From an uncultured Chloroflexia bacterium (lineage in GTDB: Bacteria > Chloroflexota > Limnocylindria > Limnocylindrales > CSP1-4): a stretch of DNA of 64,000 bases. The notes under the pieces were generated by a model. It saw nothing but the letters and a program-made list of their open reading frames with translations, was not told the DNA's origin and searched no databases. Position 1 is the stretch's first letter, and each line of letters opens with the position of its first letter. Both the position numbers and the translations under genes were made by a program. This document shows, in pieces, positions 18,680-30,432 of this stretch. The stretch lies in NCBI GenBank assembly GCA_963828165.1, contig CAWHDR010000001.1, positions 1,984,001-2,048,000 of the forward strand, written 5' to 3'.

Positions 18680-20356
18680 ATGACCGACGACCGTTCCACC
18701 GTGGACGCATTGTCCGACCGCTACTGGGAGAGCATCCTCGAGCTCGATCCGACGACCGCCACCTTCTACGGCGACGAGCGCTATGCGGACCGGTTGGAGG
18801 ACCCGTCACCGGCTGGTCGTGCGAAGGTCCGCGATTTGATGGCCCGGACGGCGGCGGAGGCGATGGCCATCCCGGTGGAGGGGCTCTCGACCGAGGAGCG
18901 CATCACCCGCGACATGCTCCGCGTGATCGGCGAGCTTCGTGTCGAGGAGGACGACCAGGGCCTGCACCAGCTCCGCGTCGTGGACCAGATGGGCGGGCCC
19001 CAGCAGCTGCTGCCCCAGCTGACGCAGTTCCAGCCGGTCGACACGCCCGAGCGGCTCGACGCGTTCATCGCGAGGCTGCATGCGTATCCCGCGTTCATGG
19101 CCGCCAACGCCGACATCCTGCGCGAAGCGCTCGGCACCGGCCTGACGGCACCATCGATCGTGACCGAGCGGACGATCGCCCAGATCGAGCGCATGCTCGA
19201 GATCCCGATCGACGAGGCGATCATCCCCTCCAGCGTGAAAGGTGCGTCCGACGCCGATCGGGAGCGCATCCGCGAGGTCGTGCGCGACGTCGTCTATCCC
19301 GCGGATGAGGCCTTCCTCGAAGTGCTCACTGGCGACTACCGGCGCGCCAGTCGCGAAGAGCCCGGCATCTGGTCGGCGCCCAACGGCGAGGCGATCTATC
19401 GGACGGCGATCCGGAGCTGGACCACACTCGAGATGGACCCCCGCGAGATCCACCAGATCGGCATGGACGAGCTCGAGACCATCGAGGATGAACGACGAGA
19501 GATCGCCGGAGCCGCCGGCTTCGGCGACGACACGGCCGCCTATCGTGCCAGCCTGGACGCCGACGACGCCAACACACCGGGGACCAAGGATCAGCTCGTC
19601 CAGCGCGCGGCCGAGGATCTCGACCGAGCCATGGCGGCGGCCCCGCGCTACTTCGGCCGGCTGCCGAAGGCGGGGCTCGACGTCCGGCCGGTCGAGGAAT
19701 ACAAGGAGCGGGACGCTCCGTTCGCCTACTACTACCCGCCGTCCGCCGATGGATCGCGCGATGGCATCTACTACGCGAACGGCTACGACCTCCAGTCGCG
19801 CAAATACACGAAGCTCGCCTCGACGACGTACCACGAAGCGGCACCGGGCCACCACTTCCAGATCGCCCTGGAGATGGAGAACACGCGCCTGAACACGTTC
19901 CGCCGGCTCGGCGCCCGTGCAGTAGGTGGCGCCTACGTCGAAGGCTGGGGCCTCTACAGCGAGCGCCTCGCCGACGAGATGGGTCTCTACCGATCGGAAG
20001 GGGAGCGGTTCGGGATGCTCGACGCGCAGGCGTGGCGGGCGGCGCGGCTCGTCGTGGACACCGGGTTGCACGCCCTGCGCTGGGAGCGCCAGCGCTCGAT
20101 CGACTTCCTGCGGAACGCCGGGCTGTCCGAAACCGACGCCGTCATCGAGACCGACCGCTACATCTGCTGGCCGGGCCAGGCCCTGACCTACAAGCTGGGC
20201 CAGCGCCAGATCGAGAAGCTGCGACGGGAGCTCACGGAGCGGGACGGCGCGCAGTTCGACCTGCGCGAGTTCCACGACCAGGTCCTCGGGCACGGGTCGC
20301 TGCCACTCGCGACGCTCGCTCGCGAGCTGCCGACCTGGGTTGCGACGCCAGCCTGA
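18680..20356 (+). CDS. DUF885 family protein (putative metallopeptidase-like)
   Basis: AYYYPPS.DGSRDG, HEAAPGHHFQ, YVEGWGLYSE, RAARLVVDTGLH, PGQALTYKLG. Confidence 0.9.
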   Translation: MTDDRSTVDALSDRYWESILELDPTTATFYGDERYADRLEDPSPAGRAKVRDLMARTAAEAMAIPVEGLSTEERITRDMLRVIGELRVEEDDQGLHQLRVVDQMGGPQQLLPQLTQFQPVDTPERLDAFIARLHAYPAFMAANADILREALGTGLTAPSIVTERTIAQIERMLEIPIDEAIIPSSVKGASDADRERIREVVRDVVYPADEAFLEVLTGDYRRASREEPGIWSAPNGEAIYRTAIRSWTTLEMDPREIHQIGMDELETIEDERREIAGAAGFGDDTAAYRASLDADDANTPGTKDQLVQRAAEDLDRAMAAAPRYFGRLPKAGLDVRPVEEYKERDAPFAYYYPPSADGSRDGIYYANGYDLQSRKYTKLASTTYHEAAPGHHFQIALEMENTRLNTFRRLGARAVGGAYVEGWGLYSERLADEMGLYRSEGERFGMLDAQAWRAARLVVDTGLHALRWERQRSIDFLRNAGLSETDAVIETDRYICWPGQALTYKLGQRQIEKLRRELTERDGAQFDLREFHDQVLGHGSLPLATLARELPTWVATPA

Positions 20357-20391
20357 GCCTCGGGCGGTCGCCCGCGGCGGTGGCGTCGCGG

Positions 20392-21786
20392 CTAGGAGTC
20401 GAAGCCGATGCCGAGCGCGTCGAGCGTCTTGAGCAGGACCCCCCGGCGGCCCTCGTTGCGGTCGGCCCGATCCAGCTCGTGACGGACGGACTCCACGGCG
20501 AGCGATCGCAGCGGCTCGGGTGGGAACGGCACCGGCGGCGATGTGACGATCCGTAAGCGCAGGCGGTCCTCGTCGGGGCGCAGGAGGAGATCGCGGACGA
20601 CGCCCGCCGCCCAGCGGCTGGCCCCGACGCCGAGGCCCGTGTAGCCCAGCGCATAGGTCAGCCGGTCACCCATCGTCTGGCCGAACGTGACGGTGAACCG
20701 CGAGGTCGTGTCGATCGCCCCGCCCCAGCGATACGGGAACGCCAGGCCGTCAAGCTGGGGGAACGCCCGGAAGAAGTGCGCCTCGAGCCGTTCGAAAGTC
20801 TGCGGCCGGTCGTCGAGCTCCGGCTCGACGCGGCTGCCGAAGTGGTGGATCGCGTCATAGCCGCCCCACAGGATCCGGTCGTCGGCGGTGAGCCGGAAGT
20901 AGTGGAACTGGTTGTTCCCGTCGCTGAGTCCCTGGCGCCGTTCCCAGCCGATGGCCGCGCGCTGGGTGGGCGTCAGCGGGTCGGACACGAGGACGTAGTC
21001 GTAGACCGGCACGAACAGCGGTGACAGACGGCGCAGCCAGGCCGAGTAGGCCGAGGTCGCCACGACGACCTGATCGGCTCGGACCGAGGCGCCGACGGCC
21101 GTCGTGATGGTGACGCCGCCGGCCCGTCGCTCGACGCGGCTCGCGCGAGTGTGCTCGTGCACCGCCACCCCACGCTCGCGGGCGACGCGTGCCAGGCCGC
21201 GGCACAACTTCGCTGGGTCCAGGAGCACATCGCGGCCGGGGGGTCGGTACAAGCCGGCGTGCCACAACGGCGAGTGGACCTCGTCGCGGGCGGCGTCGCG
21301 GTCCAGGAACACCAGGTGCTCCCCATGCTCGGCCGCCTCGTCGACCCACGCCCGGAACGCATCGACCTGGTACGGCTGGTCGGCGAGGCCGAGGGTTCCG
21401 GTCTCCTCGAGGTCGCAGTCGATGCTGTGCTCGCGGGTGAAGGCGACCAATGCCGCGAGATTCTCGATCCCTTCCTTCTCCAGCCGCGGCAGCTCGTCGG
21501 GGAAGTGCCTGATCCCGTTCGCCAGGCCGTGGGTGAGGCTCGCCTCGCAGAAGCCGCCGTTGCGGCCGCTGGCCCCGAATGCCACGGTCTCCGCCTCCAG
21601 GACCACGACCCGCAGGGAAGGGTCGGTGTCGGTCAGCGCGATCGCGGTCCACAGTCCGGTGAACCCGGCGCCGATGATCGCGACGTCGGCGTCCACGCGT
21701 TCTCCGGCGTCAAGCGGCGGATCCGCCGGCGGTCCCGGCTCGCGCAGCCAGTAATTGACCGGGGCGGTCGGGCCCGTTGATGGCAT
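20392..21786 (-). CDS. FAD-dependent amine oxidoreductase (DAO/PuuB-like)
   Basis: IIGAGFTGLW, GASGRNGG, YFRLTADDRILWGG, YRWGGAID, GYTGLGV; TAGACT-N8-ATG start. Confidence 0.88.
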   Translation of the reverse strand: MPSTGPTAPVNYWLREPGPPADPPLDAGERVDADVAIIGAGFTGLWTAIALTDTDPSLRVVVLEAETVAFGASGRNGGFCEASLTHGLANGIRHFPDELPRLEKEGIENLAALVAFTREHSIDCDLEETGTLGLADQPYQVDAFRAWVDEAAEHGEHLVFLDRDAARDEVHSPLWHAGLYRPPGRDVLLDPAKLCRGLARVARERGVAVHEHTRASRVERRAGGVTITTAVGASVRADQVVVATSAYSAWLRRLSPLFVPVYDYVLVSDPLTPTQRAAIGWERRQGLSDGNNQFHYFRLTADDRILWGGYDAIHHFGSRVEPELDDRPQTFERLEAHFFRAFPQLDGLAFPYRWGGAIDTTSRFTVTFGQTMGDRLTYALGYTGLGVGASRWAAGVVRDLLLRPDEDRLRLRIVTSPPVPFPPEPLRSLAVESVRHELDRADRNEGRRGVLLKTLDALGIGFDS

Positions 21787-21934
21787 GGGCTCGAAGTCTA
21801 GCCAGCGGAAGGACGCCGTGCGTATCCGCACAGAACCGCTGGTGATGGCGCGGGATTCGTGGCGTTCCAACCAGAACGTGACGAAAGTCGCGTTGACGCC
21901 GCGGACGGGCCTGTGGCACGATGCCCCGACCGCC

Positions 21935-21951
21935 GTCCCGCATCGCGCAAC
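21935..21951. promoter_or_regulatory. Possible IclR-type operator
   Basis: Imperfect palindrome GTCCCGCATCGCGCAAC just downstream of a TTGACG-N18-CACGAT promoter-like sequence, upstream of the aminotransferase-IclR pair. Confidence 0.3.
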
Positions 21952-22013
21952 GCGCGTCCCGTGGGCCGGGTCGCCACGCCCGCCGGATCGAACGCACGTA
22001 CAACGAGGACTTG

Positions 22014-23414
22014 ATGGCCACGGAACCCGCCGCCCGGACCACGCCCACGCTCCGTCGCGACGCCCAGAATGCGCTGTACCAGCGAGCGCTCGAGTCGCTC
22101 CCAGGTGGCACCGATTCGAATTTCCGCGCCTGGGGCGAGAGCACGATCTACGTCGACCGGGGCAAGGGCGGCAAGGTCTGGGACGCCGACGGCAACGAGT
22201 TCGTCGACCTGCGCATGGGCTACGGCCCGGTGATCCTGGGGCACGGGGACGAGCGGGTCGACGACTATGTCAACGAGCGCATGCGTCGCGGCGTCAGCTT
22301 CAGCCTGACGAGCGAGGACGAGGTCCGCGCGATGGAGCTCGTCAAGGAGCTCACGGGGTGGGTCGATATGGCCCGCATGACCGTGTCGGGCACCGAGGCG
22401 ACGATGCACGCGATGCGCATCGCCCGCGCCTACACGGGCCGCGAGAAGATCGTGAAGTTCGAGGGCCAGTACCACGGTGTCCACGACTACGCCCTCATCA
22501 GCGTCGGCCCGGACGACATGTCCGAGCTCGGCGACGCGGACGCGCCCGTCGCGCTCGCCTGGGGCCGCGGCATCCCGGGCGCCGTCGCCGACACGATCAT
22601 CCCGGCTCGCTACAACAACATCGACGCCCTTCGCCGCATCTTCGAGCGGCACGGCGAGGAGATCGCAGCGATCATCGTCGAGCCGGTCCTCGGCAACGCC
22701 CAGGCGATCATGCCGCAGGAGGGCTTCCACCGGCAGATGCGCGCCCTCACCGAGGAATTCGGGATCCTCCTGATCTTCGACGAGGTCAAGACCGGGTTCC
22801 GGCTGGCCCGCGGCGGGGCCGCCGAGTTCTTCGGCATCAAGCCAGACCTCGGCACGTTCGCCAAGGCGATGGGCAACGGCTATCCGGCGGCCGCGTTCGG
22901 CGGGCGCCGCGAGGTCATGGACATGCTGCCCGACAAGGTCAGCCATGGCGGCACGTACGCCGGCAACCGGGTCGCCGCCGCGGCAGCGGTCAAGACCCTC
23001 GAGATCCTCCGTGATACGAACGCGCTCGAGACGATCCACGCGACCGGCCGCACGATCCAGGACGGCCTGCGCGAGATCCTCGACCCGGTCGGCATCGCGT
23101 ACCACTTCACCGGTCACCCGTCCATGTTCGGGATCATGTTCCGCGAGGACGTCGCGACCGAATACCGCGACTGGGCCACGACCGACCATGAGCTGTACGA
23201 CGCGATCGCGATCGGCATGCACGCTCGCGGCGCGATGCCGGAGCCGGACTCCCGAGAGCCCTGGTTCATCTGCGAGGCGCATGCCGACGCGGACATCATC
23301 GACCGCGTGCTGACCGCCTTCTCGGATTCACTCGACGCGGCGCTCGAGGATCGCGCGCACGGCCTGCCCGCGCCCACCGCCACGGGCGCGATGTCGTCGC
23401 CCGGCGCCGGCTGA
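22014..23414 (+). CDS. Class III PLP aminotransferase (glutamate-1-semialdehyde aminomutase-like)
   Basis: VWDADGNEFVD, SGTEATM, KFEGQYHG, FDEVKTGFR, TFAKAMGNG, GGTYAGN; GAGG SD. Confidence 0.88.
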   Translation: MATEPAARTTPTLRRDAQNALYQRALESLPGGTDSNFRAWGESTIYVDRGKGGKVWDADGNEFVDLRMGYGPVILGHGDERVDDYVNERMRRGVSFSLTSEDEVRAMELVKELTGWVDMARMTVSGTEATMHAMRIARAYTGREKIVKFEGQYHGVHDYALISVGPDDMSELGDADAPVALAWGRGIPGAVADTIIPARYNNIDALRRIFERHGEEIAAIIVEPVLGNAQAIMPQEGFHRQMRALTEEFGILLIFDEVKTGFRLARGGAAEFFGIKPDLGTFAKAMGNGYPAAAFGGRREVMDMLPDKVSHGGTYAGNRVAAAAAVKTLEILRDTNALETIHATGRTIQDGLREILDPVGIAYHFTGHPSMFGIMFREDVATEYRDWATTDHELYDAIAIGMHARGAMPEPDSREPWFICEAHADADIIDRVLTAFSDSLDAALEDRAHGLPAPTATGAMSSPGAG

Positions 23415-23439
23415 ACGCGCGCCCGGGAAGAGAGAACAC

Positions 23440-24243
23440 ATGGTCGTCGACGGCAACGCTGTCCGCTCCGTCGATCGAGCGGCCGCCCTGCTCCTGGCTC
23501 TCGGTGAGTCGCAGGGCGAGGCCGGGGTCACCGAGCTTGCCCGACGGCTGGGTCTCCACAAGTCCACGGCATCGCGGCTGCTGGCCACGCTTCAGAAGCG
23601 CGGCCTCGTGGAGCAGGACGACGAGACCGGCAAGTACCGGCTCGGGTTGGTGGTCATCCGCCTCGCCGAGCGCGCCGAGCGCACCCTCGATTTGCGCGGC
23701 ATCGCATCCCCAGAGCTGGAGCGGCTCGCCCGCCTGACGCATGAGACGACGGGGATCGGGATCCTCGATGGCGACTCGCTGCTCACCGTCGCGCAGGCGG
23801 ACGGCCCCAACCTCATCGCGGTGGGCGACTGGACCGGCCGGGCCACGCCCCTGCACTGCGTGGCCTCGGGCAAGGTGCTCATGTCGGCCCTGGCCGAGCG
23901 TGACGTCCTGCGGATCGTCCGGCGCGGACTCGTGAGCTACACGGAACGCACGATCGTCGAGCTGGAGCCCCTGCTCGAGGAGCTGGCGCGCATCCGGCGG
24001 CGCGGATACGCCACCGCCATCGGCGAGTACGAGCTGGGTCTCAATGCCGTGGCCGCCCCGATCCACGACGCCCGCGGAAACGTGATCGCGGCCGTGGACG
24101 TGTGGGGGCCGGCCTTCCGGCTCACCCCGCGGCGCATCCCGGAGCTCGCTGCGCAGGCCCGCGAGGCCGCAGCCGCGATCTCGGTGCGTCTCGGCGGCAA
24201 CGCCCCGATCCGCCAGCCGGCTGCGGTGCCCGCAACGGCCTGA
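23440..24243 (+). CDS. IclR family transcriptional regulator
   Basis: VRSVDRA, HTH GVTELARRLGLHKSTASRLL, PLHCVASGK, RRRGYA...E..LGLNAVAAPI. Confidence 0.93.
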   Translation: MVVDGNAVRSVDRAAALLLALGESQGEAGVTELARRLGLHKSTASRLLATLQKRGLVEQDDETGKYRLGLVVIRLAERAERTLDLRGIASPELERLARLTHETTGIGILDGDSLLTVAQADGPNLIAVGDWTGRATPLHCVASGKVLMSALAERDVLRIVRRGLVSYTERTIVELEPLLEELARIRRRGYATAIGEYELGLNAVAAPIHDARGNVIAAVDVWGPAFRLTPRRIPELAAQAREAAAAISVRLGGNAPIRQPAAVPATA

Positions 24244-24392
24244 ACCCGCCGACCCGAAGCCCCGACGGCCTGAACCCGGGCTGAACCGCCGACCTCGGAG
24301 GCTCGACGGCCTGAACCCGGGCTGAACCCGCCGACCCGAAGCCCCGACGGCCTGAACCCGCCGACCTCGGAGCCTCGACAACCTGATCCCGG
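24235..24392. repeat. Degenerate tandem repeat array with CTGAACCC core
   Basis: ACGGCCTGAACCC x4, CTGAAC(C)C core x6 plus a CTGATCCC variant; alternating GCCGACCCGAAGCCCCG and GCCGACCTCGGAG(G/C)CTCG units. Confidence 0.85.
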
Positions 24393-24583
24393 TTCTCGCC
24401 GACCGACCCTCGTCACGCTCAGGCACCATTTCCCGACAGTTGTTCGTGATAGCCGGCAGCCTGTCACCCCCAGATACCAATCGCCCACAGCCTTGCACGA
24501 GCGATCGCCCAAACCGACACGACGGGCATACGAGGCGGGCGAGCACGCGGCACCTGTGTGGCAACCGTGCCTCAGGGTGACGA

Positions 24584-25360
24584 TCACGGACTGAAACGGC
24601 GAGCGGCGTCGGCGTATCCGCGATACGGGGCCTGGCTGCGCCGCCCGTCCGACCGACTTCGGATCAACCACTCGCGGCGCCGGCTCGAGGGATCGATCAG
24701 CGCGATCCCCCGGCTTGAAGGATCCGGGACGATCCGCCCAGCGACGACTCCACACATCGCGACGGCCCGCATCGGGAAGGCAGCGGCCAGCGCATCGCGG
24801 TTCGTGGCGACCGCCACATCGACTTCCTCGCTCGCGAGCACGATCAGCCAGCTCGCAAGGCGACGAGGTCGCCATCCGAGGTCCCGGGCAGCACCCATCG
24901 CAGAGCGCTCGTACCAGCCAAGCTGGCGTTCGATGGCGCCAAGATCGTCCAGGCGGGTCTTCACCTCGATGATCAACAACATACCGGTCCGCCGATCAAA
25001 GGCGAGGAGGTCGATCCAGCCATGGCTCCGACCATGCACGATCTCGACCTCGCGCTGGACCTCCCAACCGGCACGCCGCAGTCGCCGGTCCAGGTATCCA
25101 GAGCAGCGGGCGTGGACCAGGTCGTGTTGTGGTCTGGCGATCACCACCGGTGGGCGTGCGACCAAGCCGATCTCGATCCCCAACCGATCAGCGACCCTGT
25201 TCACCAGGTCGAGGGAGGGATTCGCTCGTCCACTCTCGATGGTCGCGATGTACGCCCGCGACACGCCGACCGCGTCCGCCAGGGTTTGCTGGCTGATGTC
25301 GAGCATCGTCCGGGTGTCAAAGCAGAGGCGCGCGAACGTGACCCTAAGGTGGGAGGACAT
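24584..25360 (-). CDS. XRE-type HTH fused to PD-(D/E)XK nuclease-like domain
   Basis: ISQQTLADAVGVSRAYIATIESGRANPS; REVEI...GWIDLLAFD...LLIIEVKT. Confidence 0.8.
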   Translation of the reverse strand: MSSHLRVTFARLCFDTRTMLDISQQTLADAVGVSRAYIATIESGRANPSLDLVNRVADRLGIEIGLVARPPVVIARPQHDLVHARCSGYLDRRLRRAGWEVQREVEIVHGRSHGWIDLLAFDRRTGMLLIIEVKTRLDDLGAIERQLGWYERSAMGAARDLGWRPRRLASWLIVLASEEVDVAVATNRDALAAAFPMRAVAMCGVVAGRIVPDPSSRGIALIDPSSRRREWLIRSRSDGRRSQAPYRGYADAARRFSP

Positions 25361-25445
25361 TCATCGAGTGAAGCACTCGTGCCTTATCGCCGACTCAACT
25401 GCGATGGCGCCGCAGGGCTCCCCGGCGACTCGTTACCCTTGAGCG

Positions 25446-26399
25446 ATGCCCGACTTCACCGAGCCACCGTGGAGCGACATCGCGGCCTTCGTCCGCGAGT
25501 CCCTGGTCCCGGTCCTCCTCATCGTCATCGTGACGATCGTCGCGATGCGGCTCGCGAGCCTGTTCGTGCACGGGATCGTCAAGGCCCTCCTCGACCGCGA
25601 GGCCACGGAAGGCACCGCCCAGGAGCTGAGCGCGGTCGAGCTCAAGAAGCGGATGGATACCCTCGACGGCCTGGGGGCGCACGCGATCCAGTTCTTCATC
25701 GTGGTCATCGCCGCGCTGATGGTGCTCGGGCAACTCGGCCTCGACATCGGGCCGGCGATCGCGGGCTTCGGGGTCATCGGCATCGCGGTGGGCTTCGGGG
25801 CGCAGACGCTCGTCCGTGACTACCTCAACGGCGCCCTGATCCTTCTCGAGAACCAGTTCTCGAAGGGCGATGTCGTGCGCCTCGCCGGCATCGACGGCAC
25901 GGTCGAGGACTTTAACCTGCGACGGACCACGGTGCGTGACCTCGACGGGGTCGTGCACACGGTCCCAAACGGGGAGATCAAGGTCGCCTCCAACCTGACG
26001 CGCGTGTGGGCCAGGATCAACCAGGACATCACGGTCGCCTACGGGACGGACATCGACAAGGTGATCGAGACCGTCGACAACGTGGGGCGCGAGTTCTCGT
26101 CCGATCCCGTCTGGAAGCGGCGGGTCCTCGAGACGCCCCGCGTCGAGCGGATCGAGGCCATCGGCGAGTACGGCGTGACGATCAAGATCCTGGGCTCGGT
26201 CCGGGCACCCGAGCAGTGGGCTGCCGGCGGGGAGTTCCGCAAACGACTCCTCACGGCGCTCGAGGCGAACGGCATCGAGATCCCGAGGCCACAGCGCGTG
26301 ATCCTTTCGCGCGACCCGTCCACTCTCGCCGCCGCCGGCCTGTCGGCCGCCGAGGTCGAGGGTGGACCCGACGACGACCCCCCGCTCGACGCCGACTGA
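25446..26399 (+). CDS. mscS: Small-conductance mechanosensitive channel (MscS family)
   Basis: [55 protein letters not shown]. Confidence 0.9.
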   Translation: MPDFTEPPWSDIAAFVRESLVPVLLIVIVTIVAMRLASLFVHGIVKALLDREATEGTAQELSAVELKKRMDTLDGLGAHAIQFFIVVIAALMVLGQLGLDIGPAIAGFGVIGIAVGFGAQTLVRDYLNGALILLENQFSKGDVVRLAGIDGTVEDFNLRRTTVRDLDGVVHTVPNGEIKVASNLTRVWARINQDITVAYGTDIDKVIETVDNVGREFSSDPVWKRRVLETPRVERIEAIGEYGVTIKILGSVRAPEQWAAGGEFRKRLLTALEANGIEIPRPQRVILSRDPSTLAAAGLSAAEVEGGPDDDPPLDAD

Positions 26400-26487
26400 C
26401 GACCCCGCGAAAACCCCATCGCGCGGGCCCGTCGCCGCCCGCGGTACGATGGCTCGGCCAGCAGATCACTCGGAAAGGGTGCCTCCC

Positions 26488-28473
<1,986 letters not shown>

Positions 28474-28474
28474 C

Positions 28475-29119
28475 GTGCCATTCGACTTCCTCAAGCGGAA
28501 GAAGGACGGCGCCGGCGCGCACACCCAGATCGCCGGCGTCGGTGGCTCGGGCGTCCGCGGCGTGCCGTTCGACGGCCTCACGGACGAGTGGCGGATCGTC
28601 GGCGAGATGCACATCCCGGCCAGGCTGTCCGACGCGCTCAACAAGCGCGAGGCGGTCACGATCTCGGATGTGCGCTGGGCGCCCGTCGATGGGAGTGGGG
28701 AGCTGACGCCGGCGTCGGGTCTCAAGGCCGTCGATCCGTACGACCTGATCCTCGTGCTGGCCGGCGCCGCCACGCTGCCGCCGTTGACCGATGCCGAGCG
28801 GACCGCCTACAAGGTCCACAAGATCCCCTACGACGTGGCGCTCGAGGTGCCGCCCTACCGGGTGATCGGCACCGTCTACATGACCCCTGGATCCGAGCCC
28901 GACCGGCTGCTGGATCGGGCGACCGAGATGTTCTTCCCGGTCGTGGCGGCCACGGCGTTTCTCGGCGAGGCCCAGCTCGGGGACGAGATGGACGCGATCC
29001 TCGTCAATCGCTTCTATCTGCGCGGCCTCGAGCAGATCGACCGGCGGACCGGCGAACGCCCGCAGCCCCTGCCCGGCCAACCGCTCGGTGGCATCTCCTG
29101 GCGCGACAGGTCTCGATAG
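28475..29119 (+). CDS. Hypothetical protein with two similar small beta-rich domains (DUF6812-like)
   Basis: MPFDFLKRKK start 1 nt after the acs stop; internal similarity WRIVGEMHI..RLSDALN / YRVIGTVYM...DRLLD...ILVNR. Confidence 0.65.
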   Translation: MPFDFLKRKKDGAGAHTQIAGVGGSGVRGVPFDGLTDEWRIVGEMHIPARLSDALNKREAVTISDVRWAPVDGSGELTPASGLKAVDPYDLILVLAGAATLPPLTDAERTAYKVHKIPYDVALEVPPYRVIGTVYMTPGSEPDRLLDRATEMFFPVVAATAFLGEAQLGDEMDAILVNRFYLRGLEQIDRRTGERPQPLPGQPLGGISWRDRSR

Positions 29120-29200
29120 GCCGGCGTTGCTCCGACGGCGACGTGTAACGGGCCGCGGCCAAGGCCACGACCCGTCGGTCCACAGGGAGAGCGCGCGAGG

Positions 29201-30430
29201 CTAGGCTCGGACGGCGACCTTCTGGCGGTTGAAGAGTCCGAACGCAGGCTTCGCGGCGGGGGCGGACACCGGCGTGCCCATGACCCGGTCGGCCAACGCG
29301 TCGAAGTCCTCGCTGATCTTCTCGCGCGGGAACATCTCGATGACGGTCCGGCCCTCGTTCGCCGCGCGAACGAAGAGCAGCCCACCGGAGCGGAGCAGGG
29401 CCAGCGATGGCATCCCGACGGTTCGCTCCATGTCGGCGACGGACACGCCACTGTTGGCTCGATTGATGACCAGGGCCAGGCGCTCGCGAAGGCCGAGCTC
29501 GGTCGCGAGATCCGCCAGTTGCACGGCCGCGCGGATGGCGGGCACGTCCGGGGTGACCGGCACGAGGATCCGGTCGGAGACCTCGAAGATCGCCTGATTG
29601 AGCGCGCCGTACGACGGATGCAGATCGATGACGATGTAATCGAAGCCGCGACGGGCGGCGTTGATCAACGCGGTGACGCGCGACGGCTCGAGGACCTCGT
29701 TGTTCAGCGGCGACGACGTGAGCGACACGACCCGCAGGCCGGATGAGTGCGCCGCGGCGAGATCCGCGAGCGTCTCGACCGGGCCGCCGTCGGGCTCGTC
29801 GCGCAGGCTGTCGACGACCGTCCGGACCTCGTTCATGCCCAGCGACGTCGTCACGTGTCCGGTCACGGTGTCCGCGTCGACCAGGAGGACGTTCTGGCCC
29901 TTGCGCATCTGGAGCGCCGAGGCCAGGTTCGTGGCGACCGTCGTCTTGCCGACGCCGCCCTTCGGATTGAAGACCGAGATGACCGTGGCCGGGTGCGACC
30001 AGCCGTCGGCCTCCAGCGGGCCACTCTGCAGTACCGGCCCTGAGCCGTCGTCGACGGTCTGGCTGCGGATGCACATGGCCTCGACCCGCCAGCGCAGGGA
30101 CTCGGCGGAGTAGGGGCGAGTGAAGTATTCGTCCTCGACACTGCCCGCGCCACCCGATCCGAGCTTGTCGAGCGTTCGGGGTGACACGACCATGAGCGCC
30201 GGGATCGCCCGGCCACCATCGCGCAGCAGACCGTAGAACTCGAGGGACTGGTCGAAGTCGGTCTCGCCGTCGAGGATGGCGACCGCGACGTCGCGATTGC
30301 CCGCCAGGAAGGCCTCGAGCTCATCGGGGTGGCTCACCGTCACGACGGTGAAGCCAGCTTCCCGGAGCTCAGCGGCGACCGGGACGGACTCCTCGGCCGG
30401 AAGCGATACGGCGACGCTTGGTCGAGCCAC
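29201..30430 (-). CDS. Receiver-domain + MinD/CpaE-type ATPase
   Basis: Atypical REC (AILDG, YFTRPYS); deviant Walker A PKGGVGKTT, LLVDAD, FDYIVID, VINR; amphipathic C-terminal AFGLFNRQK. Confidence 0.85.
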   Translation of the reverse strand: MARPSVAVSLPAEESVPVAAELREAGFTVVTVSHPDELEAFLAGNRDVAVAILDGETDFDQSLEFYGLLRDGGRAIPALMVVSPRTLDKLGSGGAGSVEDEYFTRPYSAESLRWRVEAMCIRSQTVDDGSGPVLQSGPLEADGWSHPATVISVFNPKGGVGKTTVATNLASALQMRKGQNVLLVDADTVTGHVTTSLGMNEVRTVVDSLRDEPDGGPVETLADLAAAHSSGLRVVSLTSSPLNNEVLEPSRVTALINAARRGFDYIVIDLHPSYGALNQAIFEVSDRILVPVTPDVPAIRAAVQLADLATELGLRERLALVINRANSGVSVADMERTVGMPSLALLRSGGLLFVRAANEGRTVIEMFPREKISEDFDALADRVMGTPVSAPAAKPAFGLFNRQKVAVRA

Positions 30431-30432
30431 GT

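Noticed and set aside
22014-23414. hemL assignment
   Set aside because: The family motifs fit, but the context is amine catabolism with IclR; symbol withheld
24235-24392. CRISPR array
   Set aside because: Inter-repeat segments are themselves repeated and only ~3-20 nt long; no cas genes
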